Shown here piece after piece: positions 1 to 12,100 of a DNA stretch of 64,000 bases. The translations under genes were made by a program, and so were the position numbers. The stretch lies in the NCBI GenBank assembly GCA_002269645.1, contig NIVC01003505.1:30483-94482 (forward strand), in the 5' to 3' direction. The notes beneath the pieces are model-generated. The model did no database searches and was not told the DNA's origin. It saw only the letters and a program-made list of their open reading frames with translations. Each line of letters begins with the position of its first letter. Position 1 is the first letter of the stretch. This stretch comes from Macrostomum lignano (lineage: Eukaryota).

Positions 1-170
1 CATGGATTCTTCCGCGGCTCACCCCTCTCCCCTCAGTCTCGCCTGGCTTCCAGGCTGGCTACTTCTCAGCTCTTTCCTCCCCCCCCTGTCTCTTCTAGGC
101 TGGTTACTTCTCAGCTCTTTCCTCCCCCCCCCTGTCTCTTCTAGGCTTCTATTCCTTTCTCCCCACATCT

Positions 171-895
171 CTCACTGTCTCCCTCTCCTCTCCACCTCTG
201 TCACTATCTCCCTCTCTTCTCCACCTCTGTCACTGTCTCCCTCTCTTCTCCACCTCTGTCACTGTCTCCCTCTCTTCTCCACCTCTGTCACTGTCTCCCT
301 CTCTTCTCCACCTCTGTCACTGTCTCCCTCTCTTCTCCACCTCTGTCACTTTCTCCCTCTCTTCTCCACCTCTGTCACTGTCTCCCTCTCTTCTCCACCT
401 CTGTCACTGTCTCCCACTCTTCTCCACCTCTGTCACTGTCTCCCTCTCTTCTCCACCTCTGTCACTGTCTCCCTCTCTTCTCCACCTCTGTCACTGTCTC
501 CCTCTCTTCTCCACCTCTGTCACTGTCTCCCTCTCTTCTCCACCTCTGTCACTGTCTCCCACTCTTCTCCACCTCTCTCACTGTCTCCCTCTCTTCTCCA
601 CCTCTGTCACTGTCTCCCTCTCTTCTCCACCTCTCTCACTGTCTCCCTCTCTTCTCCACCTCTCTCACTGTCTCCCTCTCTTCTCCACCTCTCTCACTGT
701 CTCCCTCTCTTCTCCACCTCTCTCACTGTCTCCCTCTCTTCTCCACCTCTCTCACTGTCTCCCTCTCTTCTCCACCTCTCTCACTGTCTCCCTCTCTTCT
801 CCACCTCTCTCACTGTCTCCCTCTCTTCTCCACCTCTGTCACTGTCTCCCTCTCTTCTACACCTCTGTCACTGTCTCCTTCTCTTCTGGACCTCT
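171..895. repeat. 29-bp pyrimidine-rich minisatellite (CTCCCTCTCTTCTCCACCTCTGTCACTGT)n, about 25 copies
   Basis: Unit read directly from the sequence; it explains the periodic ORF 2..1027. Confidence 0.95.
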
Positions 896-1451
896 CTCCC
901 TCTCTTTTTCTCTCTCCCATCCTCTCCTCTCTTCTTTCTTTATCTCCATGCTTCTCTCCTAATCTCCCTCTTCCCACTGTCTACTAAGCAGTCCAAAACA
1001 AGACAGCATGTACTAGTGACACAATAATATCGTGACTGCCAGAAAAAAACCAAGCTTGGGTATTGGGACTGTGTGTGCAGTTTTCGCAGCAAGTGCAACA
1101 ACGTACATGTAACACTTGGTTCAGTTTGCTCGATTTACGAGCCATATTTAGAATCGGTTATTCATTCAAGGCCTTCACAGAGGAATGCATTTTAAGCAGC
1201 TTATTATAGGTTGTCTTGCAACACTATCTAACAGGAATTGGATAGGAGACAGAGCGCGCGACAAAGGACGGTGGAGACTACACTATAGTTCACCATGCAG
1301 CGCATAAATTTAGCAAACGCGGCGGCAACTTCAAAGAGATTCGGGGCGTTGGGTAAAGGCGGTTAAGGGTGACAAAACTGATAAAGGGAAACGAAACTAT
1401 AGTGGTTGCTTGCTGGGGACGCTACGAGAGGGCGATAAAAGCTACTATAGA

Positions 1452-2345
1452 GGATAGGGGCTACTAGAACAAGATAGGGGCTACTAGAAGAGGATAGGGG
1501 CTACTAGAACAAGATAGGGGCTACTGGAAGAGAATAGTGGGGCTACTAAAAGAGAATAGGGGCTACTAGAACAAGATAGGGGCTACTGGAAGAGAATAGT
1601 GGGGCTACTAAAAGAGAATAGGGGCTACTAGAAGAGGATAGAGGCTACTAGAAGAGAATAGGGGCTACTAGAATAAGATAGGGGCTACTAAAAGAGAATA
1701 GGGGCTACTAGAAGAGGATAGGGGGCTACTAGAACGAGATAGGGGCTACTGGAAGAGAATAGTGGGGCTACTAAAAGAGAATAGGGGCTACTAGAAGAGG
1801 ATAGGGGCTACTAGAAGAGGATAGGGGCTACTAGAAGAGAATAGGGTGCTACTAGAAGAGGATAGGGGCTACTGGAAGAGGATAGGGGCTTCTAGAAGAG
1901 GATAGGAGCTACTAGAAGAAGATAGGGGCTACTAGAAAGATGGTGGCTACTAGAAGAAGATAGGGGGCTACTAGAACAAGATAGGGCTACTAGAAGAGAA
2001 TAGGGGCTACTAGAAGAGGATAGGGGCTACTAGAAGAAGATAGGGGCTACTAGAAGAGAATAGGGGCTACTAGAAGAAGATAGGGGGCTACTAGAACAAG
2101 ATAGGGCTACTAGAAGAGAATAGGGGCTACTAGAAGAAGATAGGGGCTACTAGAAGAGAATAAGGGGGCTACTAGAACAAGATAGGGCTACTAGAAGAAA
2201 ATAGGGGGCTACTAGAAGAGGATAGGAGCTACTAGAAGAAGATAGGGGCTAATAGAAAGATGGAGGCTACTAGAAGAAGATAGGGGCTACTAGAAGAGGA
2301 TAGGGGCTACTAGAAGAGAATAGGGGCTACTGGAAGAGGATATGG
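1452..2345. repeat. ~20-bp purine-rich minisatellite (GGGGCTACTAGAAGAGGATA)n, degenerate
   Basis: Core GGGGCTACTAGAA recurs at 19-22 bp spacing. Confidence 0.95.
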
Positions 2346-3112
2346 GAGCTGGCTTACTTGAACTGAATGCTATATAGTTACTAAAGCATGAAATACATCG
2401 TTTAAAGCTTAAAATCTTAAGTTTGGAAGCATTTAAAACCTTATAAACGAAAAGCTTAAGTTTATTATACTATTTGGCAGTAAAATGGTAGAATTCTTAA
2501 TGTAAAGTCGGGGCCGGCTTACAGCCACCCAACCACTAACCCACTGTCCTCTCGAGACCTGAGTGAAGGCTATACAGAGAAACTCGAAATTGCTGCGAAA
2601 GCAAAAATTGCTAGCCCTAAAATCTTGCAGCAATAGCAATTGCTTTTCAAAACCTTTAGCATCTTGCGACAGCAACAATTGCGCTTGTAAAGGGAAGAAG
2701 AGGCCTTGGCTAAAACAAAAGAAACGGCGCTTTGCTCTTTGGCGTATACTGAGGGCGGACTTTAACTTTTCAATTCTAAACCCCAGAAAGCCAGGCAATT
2801 AATTCTGTTTGGCTATTGCTGGTATAAACTTCAAGATCAAGGCAAGCATAAATGCAGTAAAAACATTTTTGATATTATCACCGTTTAGGTCAGTAAAACA
2901 ACTTCATTGCTTTTTCTATTTGCAGCAGTTTGTGGCAATAACTCCTGATAAACATTTCCGGGCAGTAAATGCCTAATAAATTTATGCCATATATTAGATT
3001 AATTACTTTTTAATTGTTGGCCTTGTGCCAAATTGCATGAAATGTATTGCAATATTATCCGGTATAATCTCTCCAGACACTATAGTCTCAATCAAAGTCA
3101 GGTATAGTTTAT

Positions 3113-4031
3113 ACTGGACTCTCCACAATCAGAGTCTAGTCTCACAGTCACACCTGGACTCTCTGCAATCAGAGTCTAGTCTCACAGTCACACCTGGACT
3201 CTCTGCTATCAGTCTAGTCTCACAGTCACACCTGGACTCTCTGCTATCAGTCTAGTCTCACAGTCACACCTGGACTCTCTGCTATCAGTCTAGTCTCACA
3301 GTCACACCTGAACTCTCTGCTATCAGTCTAGTCTCACAGTCACACCTGGACTCTCTGCAATCAGAGTCTAGTCTCACAGTCACACCTGGACTCTCTGCTA
3401 TCAGTCTAGTCTCACAGTCACACCTGAACTCTCTGCTATCAGTCTAGTCTCACAGTCACACCTGGACTCTCTGCAATCAGAGTCTAGTCTCACAGTCACA
3501 CCTGGACTCTCTGCAATCAGTCTAGTCTCACAGTCACACCTGGACTCTCTGCTATCAGTCTAGTCTCACAGTCACACCTGGACTCTCTGCTATCAGTCTA
3601 GTCTCACAGTCACACCTGGACTCTCTGCAATCAGAGTCTAGTCTCACAGTCACACCTGGACTCTCTGCTATCAGTCTAGTCTCACAGTCACACCTGGACT
3701 CTCTGCTATCAGTCTAGTCTCACAGTCACACCTGGACTCTCTGCTATCAGTCTAGTCTCACAGTCACACCTGGACTCTCCGCTATCAGTCTAGTCTCACA
3801 GTCATACCTGGACTCTCCGCTATCAGTCTAGTCTCACAGTCACACCTGGACTCTCTGCTATCAGTCTAGTCTCACAGTCACACCTGGACTCTCCGCTATC
3901 AGTCTAGTCTCACAGTCACACCTGGACTCTCTGCAATCAGTCTAGTCTCACAGTCACACCTGGACTCTCTGCTATCAGTCTAGTCTCACAGTCACACCTG
4001 GACTCTCCGCTATCAGTCTAGTCTCACAGTC
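3113..4031. repeat. 38/40-bp minisatellite (TCTAGTCTCACAGTCACACCTGGACTCTCTGCTATCAG)n
   Basis: Direct tandem units with GCTATCAG and GCAATCAGAG variants. Confidence 0.95.
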
Positions 4032-4736
4032 AGGACTCTCCGCAGCGGAATGGCATCACAGGAAGCGTGAACACGACAGAGATTGAATATTGATTGCTAG
4101 GATATATTTCATAAAACAGCGATCGAGCAATTCTGTAGACATTCGAACAGTGTGCTGGGAAGAGCAAAGGCGGGCTGATAAAGGGTGTCAGTGCAAGGGG
4201 CATTGGATAATATTTTCAAGAGAGATATGCCACCAATGAGAAAAATAAACAATTAAAAAATAAAAAGGAAAAATACAAGCGGCGGCATTCAATGAGGGCA
4301 TAGCATCGGCGGCAGAGTTCCGATCATATATTGGTCACAAGAGTGAGTCGTATTATTCAAAATGATATTTCAGAACTTTGCAACGCTTTTAAATTTGCGC
4401 CCTCTCTTCTTCTGCTCAGGAAGAAGAGAGGCTTGGAGCAGCAGATTTCAAAGGCATTAACATATACAGGCCGAGCTACAATAGGAAGTTTAAAACTAAG
4501 ATGTAGAACAGAGGCAGAGTAAAAAGTAGAAGTGCGAAATCCAGCTTTGCCCGGGTTCGTATTTCGAAATGAGGTCAAACGGCCCAGCCAAATTTATCGT
4601 CGAAAATAGCGGGTGGGTTGGCGAATATTGCACAGGTGCGGGGGGGCTGAGGCCAGGTGATTGACAGAGATCACAAGAGATCACAAGAATCGAATTTGTA
4701 GGAAAGTTGCCAAGAGGTCACAATCAGACTGGGGAG

Positions 4737-6117
4737 CTACTCAACTCGCTCCACCCTGCCGATGACTTTGCCCTCCCACAGCGGCAGCACCTCAGAGTCG
4801 TCCGTCACCTCCTCGTGCACGGCGCCGCCGACCACAAACTCGTCGCATCGCCGCTTGAAGAAATACCGATAGCTGCCCTTCTTGGCCATGAGCTGCTTGA
4901 ATTGGCCGAGGGTGATGCTCTGGCCCGGCCACGCGTGCCTGTACGGCACAGAGTCTCCGCACAGGAAGTAGCCGATGGTCAGCGGCTGCTGCTGCGGCGG
5001 TGGCTGCTGCTGCAGGCTGACCTCTTCTAAACGACGTCGGGCCTCCACAATGGTGGTGTCGGGGTTGGGCTTGTCCATCACGGGCATGTTGCTGTCGATC
5101 ATGAAGGGCTGGCGGGGCTGGTCACAACGGGCGGCAGCGGCCAGCTGATTGGACACGTGCTGCGTTAACTGCTGACGGTGCACAGAGCCGCCAGTTGAAG
5201 TGGAAGCCACCGAAGCCGCGGCCGCTGTGGCTGACGAGGAGCGAAGAATGCCACCGTATCGACTAGAGGAGGAGATGGTGCCGAAGCCGCTGTCACCCGC
5301 TGTGGAGGCCGCTCCGGCGCCGCCGCAGATCAAGCTGTTGGTTGCGCCGCTGCCGCTGGCGCGGAAGTGGTGATAATAGTGATAATGGTGCACGTGAGTC
5401 TCCTGGTCCAGCTCCGATGCTTCAAGCTTTTGATGCAGCTGTTGCTGAAGCGGAGGAGGCTGGCTGGAAGGAAGCTGCTGGGGCGGAGGGGGCGCCAGCG
5501 GCTGCGGATGAGACGAGTGGCCCCGATCCAGGTGGTCCAGGTGGTCGGTGAGGATGTCCTCCGGGTTGCTGTCGCGGCTGCTCATGCTGGCTCGAAGGAT
5601 TCGCTGAGCCCAGGGCGAATTGAGCAGCTCGGCGCCGCTGCCGCAGGACAGACTGCTCGGCGGCCGGGATGTCAGGGTCTGCTCGCGCTGGTGGCACTGC
5701 AGACGGTCGGCCAGTAGGCGGGCGAACTTGTCCGGATTGGTGACTGGCAGGTCGCGGTCGTACTGGCAGCTGGCGGCGTGCTGCTGCAGCTGGTGCCTGA
5801 GTAGGAGCTGCTGCCGGCAACTGCTGCTGGCGCCGCTGCCGCCGCCATTGCTGGCGAGGTCGTCCCGGTTGGCGGAGGCGGCGCACCGCATCGCCCGGCG
5901 GAGGCCTTTGCGACTGCCCGGAGCCTGGTGATGATGATGATGCTGCCGGTAGCTGGCCGCGTCCAGACTGCTGGCCGTGTCAGTCAGGGACAGATTGTCG
6001 ACGTCAGTCAGGGCGTCGGAGGACTGCAACGACTGAAGCTCGGAGTCGCGACGGCTTCCAGGCGCATAGGAGGTGTAGTAAGGCAGGGCCTGGCTCATGC
6101 TGGTGCAGCAGGATGGC
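4737..6117 (-). CDS. Axin: Axin terminal exon (GSK3- and beta-catenin-binding regions, DIX domain)
   Basis: ORF 4737..6098. Acceptor ctctccaccttgtccaacctcgcag at 6118-6119 is phase-2 compatible with the donor at 13552. Stop TAG at 4739-4737. Confidence 0.93.
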
Positions 6118-9100
6118 CTGCGAGGTTGGACAAGGTGGAGAGCTAAATGATGGATTTAGTGGCTTGTCCTGTCAGTCTGTCAGACTGTCACTAGAGAGAG
6201 TTACCGAAAATGTAAGCCCCACAAGTTCTCTACTGGCCTTACATAGCCATGCTTATCTATCTGGTGTGTGTATATATACACAAAAGCCGGCGGCTCAGCC
6301 AGTGGAAGAGGAGGAGGAGGAGGAGGGTTATAGCAAGGGGAGAATTGAACTGGTCAGCAGCAGTATAGCCCCCACCTCTCCCCGTCTTCCCTTGGTGGTG
6401 GCAGCAGCAGCAGCAGCAGCAGCAGAGCTGCAGTTAGGAGCAGTAAAAGACCAAATGAGCATTGTAAAATTGGCTTACAAGCGCACCGGGGAGAGAGGGG
6501 TAGGGAGAGGTGGATGTGGCTCATAAAAGGAGTGCCCCCAGCCCAATATTGCAAGCCGCAGTAGTCGCGAGAGAGCTCACCGCGCTCTCTGGAGCCCTGC
6601 CCTGCCCCCCCCCCCCTGAGCTATTAACAAGCCTATAAAATGATGCATTATAAAACTGTGCAGCACAACACGCGCGGGCATTAATCCCCTTTGGAGCTGG
6701 GGGTGGATATAATAATAATAATAATAACAATAATAATAGTTTCACCAACAGGCTGAGCTCGGGTGGTGCTAGCAGCCCAATAAACAACTGTAATAGGCGT
6801 CATTAATGAAATAAAAGCAAGCCCTGAGCAGCTTATTGCCCAAATTTTATTTTGCCTATGCTTTTTAAGGTGAACGCGCTCGTAAGCTCAGGGCAGTTCA
6901 CAAATTTATTATCGCCCTGCTCAAACTTTGAGCTGCTGCCGAGGTTCATTCGGTTGTAAAAAGAATTTTAGAGAAGGGTGGTGGGGGGGAATTAAGCCGT
7001 AAGTTCCCAGTATGTGCGGCCCTCCCTGCACTAAAATCTCCCTTCCCACCCTACACAATTTCATCGTAAACCAGCCTCCCTCCCTACTGGGGAGCTCGCA
7101 GCTTCCCAGCCTGACAGCGGCAAACTGTGAAATGTGACCAGCCCTGATGCAGGATTGATCCCCAATGCCCAGACCCGATACGGATGTGATGCCGAGATAA
7201 ACGGGAATTCGGGGGGGGGGGTTTCGTATCGTAAAAAGATTGAGAACCTACAGTCACGGATTTACGGCACGATTTCATTATTGAGAAATAGAAATAATAA
7301 TAGCAATAAAGACACTGAAGACGAAGGAATTTCTAAATCTTACAAAAACCAGTCTCAGTGTTTTTTGGCTAGAGGTAGGCCGGGCTCACAGCTGGAGAGC
7401 TGGCTTCAATTGATTACGTAATCTTGAGCTCTTCCTGCTCCACCCATTTTTGTCCCACTCGAGCACAGCGGGTGCTCAAATTATTATTAATGCTTGCGCT
7501 TTGGGCTGCTTGGAGAATGAGAATTAATAATCTTTTAAATTTATTGCCATAATTATAGAATCCGTTCTTCGAAACTCCTTCGAAGTTCCCGTGCGTGACT
7601 CGAGTTTTGAGGGATTTTGCAAAAAATGGGAAGAGGAAGCTCTGGCTTAATTTTTCCCCACTTTTTTATTTACAACTCTTGGCTGGAAAGCAGAGTTCTG
7701 TCTCGGGATGGAGAACTGCTTTTGAGACTAAAAAGTTAGAATAAGTCTGTTCTGTATGAATGCTTTGGTAGCAGTGAAATGGGTCAATTGAGAAGATAGG
7801 TCAGGGAGTGAGCAGTGTATGGGTCAGGGAGTGAGCAGTGTATGGGTCAGGGAGTGAGCAGTGTATGGATCAGGGAGTGAGCAGTCTATAGATCAGGGAG
7901 TGAGCAGTCTATAGATCAGGGAGTGAGCAGTCTATGGATCAGGGAGTGAGCAGTCTATGGATCAGGGAGTGAGCAGTCTATGGATCAGGGAGTGAGCAGT
8001 CTATAGATCAGGGAGTGAGCAGTCTATGGATCAGGGAGTGAGCAGTCTATGGGTCAGGGAGTGAGCAGTGTATGGGTCAGGGAGTGAGCAGTGTATGGGT
8101 CAGGGAGTGAGCAGTGTATGGATCAGGGAGTGAGCAGTCTATAGATCAGGGAGTGAGCAGTCTATAGATCAGGGAGTGAGCAGTCTATGGATCAGGGAGT
8201 GAGCAGTCTATGGATCAGGGAGTGAGCAGTCTATAGATCAGGGAGTGAGCAGTCTATGGGTCAGGGAGTGAGCAGTCTATGGGTCAGGGAGTGAGCAGTG
8301 TATGGGTCAGGGAGTGAGCAGTCTATGGGTCAGGGAGTGAGCAGTCTATGGGTCAGGGAGTGAGCAGTCTATGGGTCAGGGAGTGAGCAGTGTATGGGTC
8401 AGGAAGTGAGCAGACTATGGGTCAGGGAGAGAGCAGTCTATAGATCAGGGAGTGAGCAGTCTATGGATCAGGGAGTGAGCAGTCTATGGGTCAGGGAGTG
8501 AGCAGTGTATGGGTCAGGGAGTGAGCAGTCTATGGGTCAGGGAGTGAGCAGTGTATGGGTCAGGGAGTGAGCAGTGTATGGGTCAGGGAGTGAGCAGTGT
8601 ATGGGTCAGGGAGTGAGCAGTCTATGGGTCAGGGAGTGAGCAGTGTATGGGTCAGGGAGTGAGCAGTCTATGGATCAGGGAGTGAGCAGTCTATGGGTCA
8701 GGGAGTGAGCAGTGTATGGGTCAGGGAGTGAGCAGTGTATGGGTCAGGGAGTGAGCAGTCTATGGGTCAGGGAGTGAGCAGTGTATGGGTCAGGGAGTGA
8801 GCAGTCTATGGATCAGGGAGTGAGCAGTGTATGGGTCAGGGAGTGAGCAGTCTATGGGTCAGGGAGTGAGCAGTCTATGGGTCAGGGAGTGAGCAGTCTA
8901 TGGGTCAGGGAGTGAGCAGTCTATGGGTCAGGGAGTGAGCAGTCTATGGGTCAGGGAGTGAGCAGTCTATGGGTCAGGGAGTGAGCAGTCTATGGGTCAG
9001 GGAGTGAGCAGTATATGTTTAAGAAGCAATAGTAAAGACATGTTACATATAATATCTCCGCAAACAGGAGATTAAGAGCCAACTGTACGCTATGCATACA

Positions 9101-12100
9101 CAGCAGCAGTACGCATGGAGGCAGTATGCATCCTAAGGAAGATTTTACTGGCCAACAGGCACACAGGGAACCCCAGCCTTTCATACCCTATGCAGCTATG
9201 CAATCTCGAACTGAAACGACACACACACACACACACGCACAGTGCTGGACTGCACTGCCAACACACTGAGAGGGATTTTATGACCCAGTGATGGAGAGGA
9301 GAAAGGATAAAGAAGAGAGGGGAGAGGGAGGGGGAAGTGGCTGGATTAGAAGCGGTAGTGCAGAGATTTATAACCAACAAACTGATAGCGACAAGTCCAA
9401 GTCTTGGAAGCTCTCCTCAAAGCAAGCACAGCACGACTTTGAATGCTTCCGGTTTTTTACTAGCACACAAGATCTTTTGAAATTTTAATCAGAAAAAAGT
9501 TTTTTAATTAAACTATTAAAGTACTAAGCTTTGAATATCGGTTGTCTTCAGGCTTACGGATAGTAAATCCCAGATCCTAGATCCCAGCTCCTAGATCCCA
9601 GATCCCAGATCCCAAATCCTAGATCCCAAATCCTAGATCCCAGATCCCAGATTCTAGATCCCAGATCCCAGATCCTAGATCCCAAATCCTAGATCCCAGA
9701 TCCCAGATTCTAGATCCCAGATCCCAGATCCCAGATTCTAGATCCCAGATCCCAGATCCTAGATCCCAGATCCTAGATCCCAGATCCTAGATCCCAGATC
9801 CTATATCCTAGATCTCAGATCCTAGATCCCAGATCCTAGATCCCAGATCCTAGATCCCAGATCCTATATCCTAGATCTCAGATCCTAGATCCCAGATCCT
9901 AGATCTCAGATCCTAGATCCCAGATCCTAGATCTCAGATCCTAGATCCCAGATCCTAGATCCAGATCCTAGATCCCAGATCCTAGATCCCAGATCCTAGA
10001 TCCCAGATCCTAGATCCCAGATCCTAGATCCCAGATCCTAGATCCCAGATCCTAGATCCCAGATCCTAGATCCCAGATCCTAGATCCCAGATCCTAGATC
10101 CCAGATCCTAGATCCCAGATCCTAGATCCCAGATCCTAGATCCCAGATCCTAGATCCCAGATCCTAGATCCCAGATCCTATATCCTAGATCTCAGATCCT
10201 AGATCTCAGATCCTAGATCTCAGATCCTAGATCTCAGATCCTAGATCCCAGATCCTAGATCCCAGATCCTAGATCCCAGATCCTAGATCCCAGATCCTAG
10301 ATCCCAGATCCTAGATCCCAGATCCTAGATCCCAGATCCTAGATCCCAGATCCTAGATCCCAGATCCTAGATCCCAGATCCTAGATCCCAGATCCTAGAT
10401 CCCAGATCCTAGATCCCAGATCCTAGATCCCAGATCCTAGATCCCAGATCCTAGATCCCAGATCCTAGATCCCAGATCCTAGATCCCAGATCCTAGATCC
10501 CAGATCCTAGATCCCAGATCCTAGATCCCAGATCCTAGATCCCAGATCCCAGATCCCAGATCCTAGATCCCAGATCCTAGATCCCAGATCCTAGATCCCA
10601 GATCCTAGATCCCAGATCCTAGATCCCAGATCCTAGATCCCAGATCCTAGATCCCAGATCCTAGATCCCAGATCCTAGATCCCAGATCCTAGATCCCAGA
10701 TCCTAGATCCCAGATCCTAGATCCCAGATCCTAGATCCCAGATCCTAGATCCCAGATCCTAGATCCCAGATCCTAGATCCCAGATCCTAGATCCCAGATC
10801 CTAGATCCCAGATCCTAGATCCCAGATCCTAGATCCCAGATCCTAGATCCCAGATCCTAGATCCCATCATCATGAGCATCAGATGATGATCCACATCTGG
10901 CGTCACAAATTCACAAGTTTGCCACAGCCGTCAGCAGACTTACATACGAGACACAAAAAGCAGACCGACATGCACGCAAAAACTATAGAAAATTCAGGGC
11001 CAAATCTATCTCAGATTACGTAATCAACCGCAAACGCAACCCGCCAGGCGGCAGATGTCGGGAATTGCTGTTGAACAGGAAGCAGCTGCTGGGACAGGCA
11101 TATGCATGATAACACATCGAACACAGGACAGGCAGATGGGAGGTGGAGCAACAGGATATTTAGCGAATTTTCTCCGGAGCTGTCAGCAAACAAGGTGAAT
11201 AGGAGAGAAATTCCGAACGCCGGGGATTAGAGTCAACAAACGCAGCTAGGGATGGGGAATGTGTATAATCGCAACCAATATCTATCAATCTTCTATTCAT
11301 TTATTTGTAGAGGCGAAGGCCCGAGAGCAAACAGCTGGCTGGGGGGTTGGAGAAAGGTGCGGAGGGAGAACGGGTCGCCCTGAAGAAGAGTTGAGAGCTC
11401 AGTTAGTTCAAGCCCAGACTGAGAAAGGTTTGGAAGACACGGGTGGGACAAGAGGGCAAGAGAGAAACTTGAGACTCGCCCTAGGGTTACTTTCTCCCCG
11501 CTTTGCATGCTCAACACAGCTCAAGTGGAGATTTTTGAGAGCGACTAACACTCCAGACTAGAGAGAGAGCAAGGCGGAATATCGAGGCCAGAGTGGGCGG
11601 GGCAAGTCACTCACCTGGAGATCCCGGCGGGGGATGGCTGCTCAACAAGCAAAGGCAAAAGCAAACAGATCCCGGAAGGGAGAGGAGAGAGAGAGGGCCC
11701 GAGTCCACAGTCGTATGCGCAAAGCAAAATGAAAAAAAGGAAATGAAATAATGATTTTGATATTGTGTCTATATCCCGGATGGAGAGGCAGCGAAGGCAG
11801 GCAGCACACGGCAGCGCAGCGGGGAGAGAAAATATAAATTCTGTGTTTCACTTGTAACAGCCCAATCCACAGTTTGTAGCGAAACGGATGCAGCGGGTCA
11901 TGCAGCAGCCTGCAGCCGGAGGCACCGGCCTGGCATCAAAGGAATTCAGCATCCCCAACCCGCGCATCATCTACGTAACTTTCTCCCATGCTTCTTTCAT
12001 GTTCCGCTGCTTTTACGCTGGTATTGTTGGCCTGCAACCCCGGTTTCGATTGGGAACTGGTAGCTTGGCCAGGTCTAAATTTATTTTACCTGCCTGCCGG

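Noticed and set aside
2-1027. 341-aa Ser/Leu/His ORF
   Set aside because: Translation of a 29-bp pyrimidine repeat that contains no stops; no domain features.
4032-4265. Possible terminal exon of a plus-strand gene (DSPQRNGITGSVNTTEIEY*) with downstream AATAAA
   Set aside because: Only 19 codons, no recognisable motif, and no upstream exon identified.
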